From Octopus sinensis (lineage: Eukaryota): 64,000 nucleotides of DNA. Under the pieces are notes generated by a model, which worked only from the letters and a program-made list of their open reading frames with translations, had not been told where the DNA came from and did not search any database. Below, one piece after another: positions 29,301 through 40,862 of this stretch. The position numbers were made by a program, and so were the translations under genes. Location: assembly GCF_006345805.1 (NCBI RefSeq), contig NC_043012.1:18786001-18850000 (forward strand). The letters are read 5' to 3'. Position 1 is the stretch's first letter. Each line of letters opens with the position of its first letter.

Positions 29301-30392
29301 GTGACTATCTCTTCATGATGTTACAATTTTTTAAAGAACATCATTCACGTCTAGTTGGGCTAACAATACTAACATATCTATACTTACCCTTTTCCGCTTT
29401 AAATTAGACTAAAGAAAATGTCCTTTTTAGCTTCATCTTCTTGCATATATGTATATACGGTATGCATATATTTACAACATGGTGTGTGTTTTCCTGATTG
29501 TATTCTGAATGCCACACTTTCGCAGACTGCCTCGATTCCTTTATATTGCTTTAATGTAGTAGTTCTGGGAAAGTGATGAATGAAATAGATGCCAGACATA
29601 AAGCATTAGATACGATTTGATAAAACCAAAACCATCAATGAAGTCACTCAGCATGACCTCATCCCAACGACTGAAAGAAGTAGAAGAATATAAAAAAGAC
29701 AAAGATTTCTGTTTAAGAGAATATTACAAAAGTTATAAATCTTTGGGTGTTTTTGAATATAGAGCTGCAACTAAGAAATTTCCTCATGTGTTATGAGCAG
29801 CATAATATTTTTAATCCTTAAGCTAAATGTACGAAAACTGTTATTAAAATTTTCTAATTTCTGTATTCAGTTAATTTTTGAACCATTAGCAAATTTTAAA
29901 TTGGAAAATAAATGACTGAAGTTATGCAGGGATTTTGTACGGTGCAGTTACTACATTTAATAACAAGCACACACGTTTGAAATTAATAATTGACATTAAG
30001 CCTTTAAGTTTAAGGAACCTGATAGTGTATGAGGTAAGGTGGAGACACATGCAACAGCATAATTGATATTTAATGAAATGTTTTGTTTCGATACGCCAAA
30101 ATGTAATTCGTTTGATCAATTTTGCAATTAAATCTTTTTTAATTAGTCCAAGGACTTGCTAGCAATTAATTGATTTAGAATAGAACAAGATGATTTATGT
30201 TATATATTCTTTCAGAAAATTGGATACATATCAGCATCCGATAAATACGATTTTGCTGCATCGACAGTGCTTTACACACAGACTGCAACAATAAGGGTGT
30301 ATGTGTATATACATATATGTTTGCGTGTATGTGTGAATATATGCATATTATGTGTTTAAATAGGTCAATGTATATGTAAATATACACATGTA

Positions 30393-30442
<50 letters not shown>

Positions 30443-30658
30443 CGTTAGTGTGTGTATGAAAATAATCATATGTGCATGTCGTATGCATATGTGTATGTGT
30501 TTCTGTTTATCATAAGAGTCTGTTGGAAGTGTAGAGTCACTGAGACTTGAAGACCCTTAGAGACTGGGAAGATCAATCCTGTTAATATTGTGATGAGAAT
30601 ATTGTAGGTTAACATATACAAGAACTACAGGCTTAAGTAAACTATTTCATATGGCAAA

Positions 30659-30888
30659 ACGGCGAGCTGGCAGAAACGTTAGCACGCCGGGCGAAATGCG
30701 TTGCCGTATTCCGTCTGCCGTTACGTTCTGAGTTCAAATTCCGCTGAGATCGACTTTGCCTTTCATCCTTCCGGGGTCGATAAATTAAGTACCAGTTACG
30801 CACTGGGGTCGATGTAATCGACTTAATCCGTTTGTCTGTCCTTGTTTGTCTCCTCTGTGTTTAGCCCCTTGTGGGTAGTAAAGAAATA
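30659..30888 (+). mobile_element. Well-preserved SINE with 16-bp TSD
   Basis: ggcgagctggcagaaacgttag...gagttcaaattcc...cggggtcgataaattaagtacc...aaagaaata, flanked by tatttcatatggcaaa at 30643-30658 and 30889-30904. Confidence 0.93.
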
Positions 30889-32393
30889 TATTTCATATGG
30901 CAAATAGTTTGAGAATAAGAATTTGTCATACTAGTTAGAGGACAGAAAGGACTGTTGAAAGCACCGAGGATGACATGAAGTTGAGAGACAAGTGTATTGC
31001 GGGGTGGGGATCTAAATATTTGAGTTATTGCTATTTCGTCTTTTTATTCACGTTCTAGCACAAAACTGATATTAAAATTTATCAATGAAACAGTATACTA
31101 AAAGTAGTTAATATTATAAAATATTTGGTTTGTTTTACATTTGCTCACTAATACTTTATCTGAATAGTTTCCATTCATTACTTTATGAAAATATAATGAA
31201 ATGATGTTGCTAATAATTTCAATTTCAAATGCAGAAGTCAAAAACTAATAGATAAGGATGTTCATCAAGTAATTAATAAAAATAGTTTGCAAATAAACAT
31301 CTCGGAATTTTTTTACGTTCATTTTTACAAGATCTGTTGAAAAGATGTTCTCATACTATATAATAAAGTATTTTCTTTTTTTTACAAGAAGGGTACGATG
31401 GAAATATTGATATAGTTCTACTACATTTCAATTCATGATAATTATTAAATATAATTAAAAGCCACAAGTTGTTAGATATAATTTTTTCATCGCTATACAC
31501 TTGATATATCTATTGATGTTGGCAATAAGATGTTAGCTTACTAGTCTGCTCTGAGTCATTTACCTGTCTATCGAGTTTACTAAGAAACTATAGTGGTTTC
31601 AGTAAGATTACCATGTTATACTAAATAATTCCAGGAAGTTTTAATGTTCAGGTCAAATTTTTCAGAGATATATATTTGAAACTGAAATGAAAATTCACAT
31701 TACACGGGGATTCTAATGTTATTGAACGAGAAAGACTCCCAACTAAAGATGGAAAAATTTGGCATTGAGGGAACTGTGGATAAGGTATGAATACTTAATA
31801 GTCAGGAAACCGATTGGAGCATATTGCTGTAACAACGTGAGCCGGCGCTCAATGGTTGAATTGCAGCTACTAATAAAGTGGCAACACGATGTTCGGTGAA
31901 ATAGAATTCTTTCTAGCCCCATTCTGATCTAGAAGCTCTGTTGTAAAAATATTTGTCCTTGCTATTCTGCATTGCGTCATTGTTATTTATTTATGAAAAA
32001 GATCTCCAATGAGTCCTTTTTTTTAAACCAGATATATAAGGAGCTCTACTGAAGGGAATGTTTAGACAACTGTATCTAGTTGAGTGAATGAGCTCGCAGG
32101 TTCGGTTTCATCGTCTATTTTACCGGAAATGTAGGATTTTAATGAGGAATCATTCCTTAAGATCTTTTAACTGTAATTTAGCTTTGTATGAAGTAACGTA
32201 CTGCTAAAAGTCTTTTGAAATGCACTCTTAGAAAAGTCGTCACATAATTAATTATGAATCTTCGAAGTGATTCTAAAGGAAATGTTTGCACGTTTTGAGT
32301 ACGTATGGTGTTAGGAAACATTGAACAGAGTATGATCGTCGCTGCAATTGCAATATAATTAACGTTGCTCTCATTATGAAGATGTTCGCATAA

Positions 32394-32578
32394 GACAGCG
32401 ACCTGGCAGAATCGTTACAGTGCAGGACGAAATGCTTAGCGGTATTTCGTCTGCCGTTACGTTGCCTTTCATCCTATCGGAATCGAATAAATAAGAACCA
32501 GTTACGCACTAGTGTAGATGTAACTGATTCATCCCCACCTGCCCGAATCTGTCCTTGTGGCAAAAATTTGAAAGCATT
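32394..32578 (+). mobile_element. Internally deleted SINE, family of 30659-30888
   Basis: gacctggcagaatcgtta..gaaatgcttagcggtatttcgtctgccgttacgttgcctttcatcct..ccagttacgcact. Confidence 0.85.
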
Positions 32579-33194
32579 ATATATATGTCCGCCTATATTT
32601 TGGAACTTTGCAAACATTTGATATGGATGGCCATTTACATGGGCTTTTAAAGTAGGAATAAAGGATTATGAGGAAATATGTAATCAATTAATCATTGCTG
32701 TTAAAAGAACAAGCACAGCAGATGCAAATGACGTTTGTTGGTCAAATTCAGATAAAACTGACAATTCTAGCTCAATGATTACAGGTATCACTAAGACGTG
32801 AAAATTGATTAGATGTTATATGTAGAACGTTGTTTATGTTGTTCATTCAGTAGTGCTGGAGTTTATTTTACTGAGATATAAAACTAATATTATTTGTGCA
32901 TTGTTCGATTTTCCACTCTATGTTTAACACCTCTGTGTTAATATCTATCATTTGAAAGGTACTCATCAAGCTAAATCAAACAACGTGTGATACCCGTTTC
33001 TAATTGCAAACGAGTCAAAACACGGATGCTTATAATATAAATCCTAGTATACAAATGGGTGAAGAGATTTGCAGCCCACGCTACAGCAGTAAAAGTGTTT
33101 TCGAGCATATAATCATGATCTAAATATTCGTATTCTAATTTTCCATAAATATTGAATAATGTATTTTTCATAAATTTCGAATTAAATAGATAAA

Positions 33195-33411
33195 TAAAAA
33201 TATAATAATAATAGCAATAGTAATAATAATAATAATAAAATAATAATAATAATAATAAAATAATACTTATTATTATTATCATAATTATTATTATTATATT
33301 ATTATTATTATTATTATTATTATTATCATTATTATTATTGTTGTTGTTGTTGTTATTATTATCATTATTATTATTATTATCATCATCATCATCATTATTA
33401 TTATTATTATC

Positions 33412-33455
<44 letters not shown>
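33195..33455. repeat. (AAT)n followed by (ATT/ATC)n microsatellite
   Basis: Direct reading. Confidence 0.95.
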
Positions 33456-33456
<1 letters not shown>

Positions 33457-33767
33457 ATATGTGGTGACCTGAGAATTGAGATTACTAAGATGAGGCAGCT
33501 TCGAGAGTCGAATATAAATGTTATCCCTATTGTCATCGGGGCATTGGGCTCAATACCACCCATTCTGAAAATAACATCTGAAAAAACTTAGAGATACCCT
33601 ACAATCTATATGTATAGAAAAGTCGACAGTACTTGGAACTGCACGCATATTCAGTAAAATAGCGTCTGTCAGTGGTCCTTGTTGTGACTTGACAAACAGT
33701 ACAAACCACCGCTAAACACAATATATTCAATCAACAGCCTCACTACATTGTATACTGTGCGACGTCT
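33456..33767 (+). mobile_element. Extremely 5'-truncated R4/Dong-type element (RLE C-terminus + 3' UTR) within (TAA)n
   Basis: GDLRIEITKM..NVIPIVIGALGSIP and KSTVLGTARIFSKI. Ends directly in ataataataa and is preceded by (ATT)n. Confidence 0.85.
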
Positions 33768-35727
33768 ATAATAATAATAACGATAATAATAGATTACAGA
33801 ATCTAAATATATAATTTTCGTTATACCTTCAAGCAATTGAGATCCGAGAGATGTTGAATACGTACAAAAAGTCTCATAGTTCCTGTGTACGTATCGTGGT
33901 TATATTTTAATTTTTAATCTGCGAAGGTTGTTTTTTAATCCTAATCATTTTAGAATATCTTTGATGATCTGCACATATCGCTTTCATACGAAAAATATAT
34001 AATATGATTATACATTTTTTTCGTTTTTTTTTTCTGTAATCACTGGCCGAGAAATATTTGCACTAAAACAAATATTTTTTTGTTTACAAATAGAAAATGC
34101 GAAGGATCTAATTCTATTATGCTATTGTGTATTGTATCAATATCTTCAGTGAATTCTTTGAATATCTGTCATCGAATCAGCCGGAGGGACTATAGAATAT
34201 TATGTTTTCGGTAAACTAACAAACTTTGTAAATCTATTGTATTCTCGCTGCACTGTAAAATCCCATAGAAATCAAATATTAGTTAATATTTTACGTATAT
34301 TCTATTAGTTTCTTTCTTCTCTTTTTCATCCATCTCTTTCCTCATTTTCTTACACTTCTTATTAGAATACTGTCATCACCACCATTCATCTGCATCATGA
34401 ACATAATCATTACCGCCAACACTCTCACACACATCACCATCGTCATCTTCCTCATCATTACCATCACCACTCAGCCACATCATCATGATCATCATACACT
34501 CTTTGTTAAGATATTAAACAAAACAAATGCAAAGGGAGTGACAAAACAATATCATAAATGTAATAAAATATTTATTCCTGATTTCTGCGCGGCATTGTTA
34601 TCCACTTTAAGCTTTCATTTCGTGCTTAACGTTGCAAATTGATGCATGGGTATTACTAGGAAAATTATTTGCTATTCTTGACCATAATCTAGTGAAAATG
34701 GGGATAAGGCAAGCGTTTGGAACGTACTAGCAGCTATGCGCCGAATAGCTCTACTTAGAAGACTGAAAACATTTTGTAGGCGCTGATATATTCTATTGTT
34801 CCCTGACTTTCTGCTTCCAATTTTATTTTTCTGGTAAGAAAGCATGTACAAGGCACATACTAGGTAAAGAGGCGCTCATTTTCATCGCTGTAGCAAATAA
34901 ACATTTTGACGATGTGATTTAATGTATGTTGTCTTTCTTCCAAATCCGATGAGCAAAAACTCCATGCTTGTTCATTTTCGTTCACACTCCTTTATGCATA
35001 TTTGATAAAATTCTATTCGGACATTTGTGATTCTAGTTTACATGAAACTGCAAGGCCCATGCTTGCTGTGCTGCAAATCTGATGGCAAATCACGGTGGAA
35101 CAATTGTGCCTTTGAATATTCTCTTGAGTATACACAAAGATTACCGTCCCTGTTTAAGGGCAATTTCGTGACATCTTAATATTTTCTACTCGATCCTTTC
35201 ACACTTTTTAAAATAATGCAAGCCATTCTCCCAAAAGGAACGGAATTACAACACCATTGTTTTTCAGAGCAGCAGCTAAATTTATATTTGAAAGCACAGC
35301 CAAAAGTATCTTCATTTCTGGTGATCTAGAAGTATGTAAACGTCTACCGCTCTCGTATTTCGATGAAGAAATCTTAAAGAAATGCAGTCTTCTGCTTCAC
35401 AAAATTCGCAGCACAAACTTTTCTCCCCTATAGATATAATATTTATTATCTATTTCTTCACATTTTGGTGAACAGTCAGCGCCATTTGTTTGCATAAAGA
35501 TTGGAGGTGTGAAGGCCAAGAGAATATTGGAAAAGTGTTACGTGTAACAAGATGATTCGCGCCGGTAATAAAAAAAAACCGACAACATGATTGCTGCTAC
35601 ATGTCAGTAAACATTTTTATATGTTGTAAGACGTGGACACGGACAGCTGCAACGGAGACTATGAAGCCATGACCAGTTAGATGGGGCGCAGCAGAATTTC
35701 CCGAGCTGAAGCACACCGCAATTCAAC

Positions 35728-36072
35728 CCCCACATCTTTGAACATATCCTTAGACCCAATGCAGAAGGCTATGAAAAACTGCTGGAGATTGCGGCCAAGC
35801 GCTGGCTAAGATGGTTGCTGCTGTGAAAGGCCGTATGTGTGACACCAGTATTCAACACATACAATACGTCGAAAAATATTCAGAAATGTTTGTCGGACAA
35901 TTTCTACTACCAACCTGGCCCGATTTCTGGTCTTCTAATTACTCCGATTGTAATACTATAGAATACTATGTGCAGGGCGCGGTTTAAAGAGATAGCCGCT
36001 ACTGTGCTTTCTCCACCAAGAAGACCGAGGTCAAGATGTTTGTAGGTATTTTCAGGAACAGAGAGAGAGAGG

Positions 36073-36104
<32 letters not shown>

Positions 36105-36241
36105 CAGAGGGAGAGAGAGAAAGCGACAGAGGGAGAGAGAGAGAACGAGAGAGGGAGAGAGAGAAAGAGAGCAAAGCATGCACCGGGTTCCGGAGCCATC
36201 TTGAGGGTGTGGTTGTAACTGATGGAGGCGACTTTGAGTAA
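35728..36241 (+). mobile_element. Tc1/mariner transposase C-terminal remnant (DD37D/maT-like)
   Basis: PHIFEHILRPNAEGYEKLLEIAAKRWL; QKCLSDNF; WSSNYSDCNTIEYYVQGAV (cf. WPPNSPDLNPLDYxVWG); terminal KACTGFRSHLEGVVVTDGGDFE*. Frameshifted and split by (GA)n at 36061-36173. Confidence 0.8.
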
Positions 36242-38104
36242 GATATTATCTTTCACTTATCATCTACTTCACATTTTCGACTTTTGAAAATACATTTATT
36301 TTGGATGACATTTTATGGTTTCCTTTTTTCTGAATCCAGTCAAATGTAGCCCAGAAAATTGTATACGAATTCCGTGAATTTTCGACATGAGGTGATTGAT
36401 CTTAAAAATTAATATTTGGCAACGTTAATCTTGTTTGAAGAGCTTAAGAAAATACACCCAATTTAAAGAATAAATCAGTATTTAGAAGGTTTTTATACGT
36501 AAACTAAGAAATTATACACGCTTTTTTTAACACAAATTACGAAGAGGGTAACTTGTGTATTTCTGGGAGTTTCTTGGGTGAACAAGAACATATGAATAGA
36601 ATTGTAAGAACTTTAGAATTGCGAGATTTGTTTGTTCATAAATCATTAATTGTTCCAACGAGATGCTCAAACTCATTCAAATGTACTTTCGGTTTACTCT
36701 TCCTGATTTATCATGATATTTTCGGTTAGGAATTGATCTTTTAAATGTTATTGTTAGTATTCTATTATACTGGGTCGGCTTACTTTCAAACATAAACTCA
36801 TTTCTTTACAGAATAATTCTTGCATGAAGAAGAGTTAGAGAGAAAGAGAGGGAGAAAGAAAGAGAGAGAGAGAGAGAGGGAGAGAGAGAGAGAGAGAGGG
36901 GAGAGTGAGAGAAAATATGTTGAAAATTCAAATAAACTATTCCGTTTTCTGATATAAAAATTTCAAAGAAGGTCAGAGGTGAAAGACATACATTATTAAC
37001 CTTCATTTCCAAATATATGGACAGAATGCATAGGAAATAACACAATCATGATATAGCAGTGAGAGATGTTGAATTCATTTAACAATAACAAACTGAAAAT
37101 ATCTCTACAAAAGGCATTACTCAGTTTTGCAGTCAATTCAGCTTCTTTAAGTTACTGAAGTCGAATTCACAATTAATATTGACCCAGAGTTGACATTCTG
37201 TTTGGGCCTCAATAAAACGGATACCAGATCGATGTTTAACATTGATTCGGTATATGTAATTAGAATATAAAATCATGTTTTTTTTTTCCATCAAAAATAG
37301 TTCAGATGTATGTGAAGTAAATAAACTTTATGCAGTAGTTGCTCTCCTATTAAATGCATATATTTTAGTTATATTTTGTGTAATTATTGATTTTGGGAGA
37401 AAGCCCTTTTACGATTAAATAGCAACACAAATGTAATAAATTCGGTTTCTGGATTTTTTACTTGGATTATTGTAGATAAAATATCAATGTAAAGAGAATT
37501 GAATATAGTGGTGAGAGGAAAAATAAAGCGACTTGCTTAATATGAAACTTAATATATGATAGTGATGGAGGTATAAAAGTGTTGCGTGATTGCCTACATT
37601 AAAAAAAATATAGCAGCATGATGAAATATAGAAAGAAATTAGGTGTATCAATCCATATAACACAGAGATAGGCTAAATAGAATCAATATAACGGTGAGAT
37701 AGGCTATATAGAATTATGAACGAAAACTGAGGAAGTAAAAATATTATAGCAATATACACCATGACAGCTTATAATGTATATTTATAAAATGGAGAAATTG
37801 TCCAAATCAAAATATTTGATGATCAGAATATTGAATTTAAATTTAGAAGTAATTCTTGTGAAATCGGCCATCGCAATAATTTGAGATGATGTAGGGAAGC
37901 GTAAACCAAAAGGCGTACATGTTTATAATGCATGTAAAGAACTCAGTTATGTGAAGCATATTTATAACGTGAAGTACATCCCATAGTATACCAAATGCAA
38001 ACGGTTTGAAAAGGGACTCGCCAGGCATTCAGAACGCCGCTCTGCTGCGCGGTAAAATGCAGGCGATAAAGGACTACTCCTCAGCAACTACTACTACTTC
38101 AAGG

Positions 38105-38273
38105 AAAATCCTCTGGGATTTCCCAATCCAAACAGATCAGGTGCTAAAGTATAACAAACCGGACCTAGTGGTGGCGGACAAGATGCATCATATGTTATAT
38201 TTTTGATGTTGCATGCATCTTTGACCCACGAATAATAAAGAAGGCATGGGAAAAGATAGATGCCGCTAATCAC
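38105..38273 (+). mobile_element. R4/Dong-type RLE fragment, copy A
   Basis: KILWDFPIQTDQVLKYNKPDLVVADK, then after a frameshift DVACIFDPRIIKKAWEKID. Confidence 0.85.
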
Positions 38274-38518
38274 TACTATTACTAAAACCTCAACACAGCG
38301 GTAATAATTTTCAGTTCGAATTAATACGATTAATATTAATAAAAATGAAAAGAATTATAATTAAAACTTTAGCAGCTAGATACTAATTATTAAGGGGAGG
38401 GGCTTAGTCGTTCATATCTAATTACCTATATGACTGGTACGTTATTTGCTCGCCTCCCGAAAGGATAACTGTCAATATTGAAGCTATACAAGATAGCTAT
38501 AATAGTAATAGTAATAAC

Positions 38519-38543
<25 letters not shown>

Positions 38544-38552
<9 letters not shown>

Positions 38553-38775
38553 GTTATAATCCTCTCTACTGAAGTCACAAGGCCTCGAAATTTTAGGAGA
38601 GGGGATTAGTCGATACTATCGATCCCAGTGTTTCACTGGTACTTAATTTACCGATCCCGAAAGGACAAAGGCAAAGTCGACCTTTGTGGAATTTTAACTC
38701 ACTGGGTAACGTCGGGGGAAATACCACTAAGTTTTCACCCGGCATGCTAAAGATTCTGTCAGCTACCCACCTTGA
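38544..38775 (-). mobile_element. SINE, family of 30659-30888
   Basis: cccagtgtttcactggtacttaatttaccgatcccgaaaggacaaaggcaaagtcgacc matches the reverse complement of the 30.7 kb copy. Confidence 0.85.
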
Positions 38776-38839
38776 TAATAATAATAGTAATAATAATAAT
38801 AATAATATTAATAATAGTACTAGTAATAGTAATAGTAAA

Positions 38840-38910
<71 letters not shown>

Positions 38911-38924
38911 TAATAATAATAATA

Positions 38925-39481
38925 AATGCCCTGATGCAGTACCAGGCAGTGGCTCTCATGGCTTCTGATCTTAACTGATTGGAAGTGTTATCATGTATAT
39001 TGTTTTGTCTTGGTATAAAAGATGGGCTACAGCAAATATTCTGCTCAATACCACAGATTTGCTTGTCAGTTGTGTGACCTTAACCAGTTGAGCATGTCCC
39101 TTAGTGACTGACGACATGTGCATCTCTGATCACGAGCAGAAGTAGTGGGGGAGCATCATAGCCATGTGTTGAGAGGGATTCTTTGGGGTTTGAATAATTC
39201 ACCTCTGGAAACATGGGTGGTTCTTTCAACATCCTTAAACAACCCTTATTCAGGGACCTTTTGAGCGGGATGGGCTACTCAACCTGAAGAAAATTCTAAC
39301 TGGGCCCCACCTGCAAGGTCATGTGCTGTTTATCTTGATATGAGATCACCATGTCGCGCACGTATGGTTGTGATGCATGTGCCTGGTGTACCCTTATCAG
39401 ACGGGTAGTCATGATGGGTATATTGGGCTTTGTATATTTTACCCCAGTGTCACTTTGATGGCATGAGCTGCTCTCTCACTC
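38925..39481. mobile_element. Unclassified ~557-bp non-coding insert inside an (AAT)n tract
   Basis: A block visibly richer in GC than its surroundings, with sharp edges, flanked on both sides by (AAT)n. No informative ORF. Confidence 0.6.
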
Positions 39482-39508
39482 AATAATAATAATAATAATA
39501 ATAATAAC

Positions 39509-39546
<38 letters not shown>

Positions 39547-39669
39547 TAATAATAATAACGGGGAAATTACGCACGAAGGTACTACACAATCAATTCCATG
39601 TAGCCGCAACAGAAAGTGTTGGAAAAAAATTAGTGGGATTGGCTGATGAAAGGAAAACTAAAACAAGAG

Positions 39670-40100
39670 TGCGAGAACACATTACTGGCGGCGCTAGACC
39701 AAGCTTTGGTCCTTAACTGGTGGGGGTGACCTTAGGAATGAGCGATTGTCTCTGCTGTGCCGCATCTACAATAGAGTGGATGAAACTATTGCCAATCATG
39801 CAAACAACTGCCTTAGATTTGCCACAATCCAGTATAAGTTGAGGGGACATGACCAGGTAGCGAAATTGCTACATTGAAAACTGTACGAAAATTGGGCGCA
39901 AGAGAGAGGCAAGACTTGGTATGAGACTAGCAAAATCCTCTGGGATTTCCCACTCCAAACAGATCAGGTACTAAAGTCTAACAGACCGGGCCTAGTGCTA
40001 GTGGACAAGATGCATCACATGTTATATTGTTGAAGTTGCATGCCTCTTTGACCCTCGAATAAGAAAGCAGGACTGGGAAAAGATAGATGCTGCTAAGCAC
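39670..40100 (+). mobile_element. R4/Dong-type knuckle + RLE fragment, copy B
   Basis: ENTLLAALDQAL; CRIYNRVDETIANH; HDQVAKLLH; KILWDFPLQTDQVLKSNRPGLVLVDK; after a frameshift EVACLFDPRIRKQDWEKID. Confidence 0.85.
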
Positions 40101-40253
40101 GAATACTTCTTCTTCTACTACTACTACTACTACAACTACTACTACTACTACTACTACAACAACAACTACTACTACTACTACAATTACTACTACTACAATT
40201 ACTACTACTACTACTACTACTATCATTACAACAACTACTACTACAACAACTAT

Positions 40254-40294
<41 letters not shown>

Positions 40295-40445
40295 AAATTT
40301 TGGGGTAAGTCGGTAAGTCGATCACATCGACCCTAGTGCATAACTGATCGACCCCGAAAGGATGAAAGGCAAATTCGACCAATGTCGAATTTGAACTCTG
40401 ACCGCAAAAATGGACGAAATGGTGCTAAACAGTTGCCCGGCGTAA
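40295..40445 (-). mobile_element. SINE fragment, family of 30659-30888
   Basis: catcgaccctagtgcataactg-atcgaccccgaaaggatgaaaggcaaattcgacc..gaatttgaactctga. Confidence 0.85.
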
Positions 40446-40450
40446 TGTTA

Positions 40451-40488
<38 letters not shown>

Positions 40489-40511
40489 GTTGTTGTTGTT
40501 GTTGTTAATAC

Positions 40512-40605
<94 letters not shown>

Positions 40606-40789
40606 CATCATCATCATTGTTATCATTATCATTATTAATAATAATAATAATAACAACAACAACAACAACAATAATAATAATAATAATAATAATAAAAATA
40701 ATAATAATGATAATAATAATAATATATAATAATAATAATAATAATAATATAATAATAATAATAATAATAATATAAAAATAATAATAATG

Positions 40790-40849
<60 letters not shown>

Positions 40850-40862
40850 TTAATAATAATAA
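40446..40862. repeat. (ATT)n-(AAT)n inverted microsatellite
   Basis: The repeat strand switches at attaat, ~40636. Confidence 0.95.

Noticed and set aside
38925-38990. Faint resemblance of the 557-bp element end to U2 snRNA, and a possible HDV-like ribozyme
   Set aside because: Only short partial matches were seen, and no P1-P4 nested pseudoknot could be built by eye.
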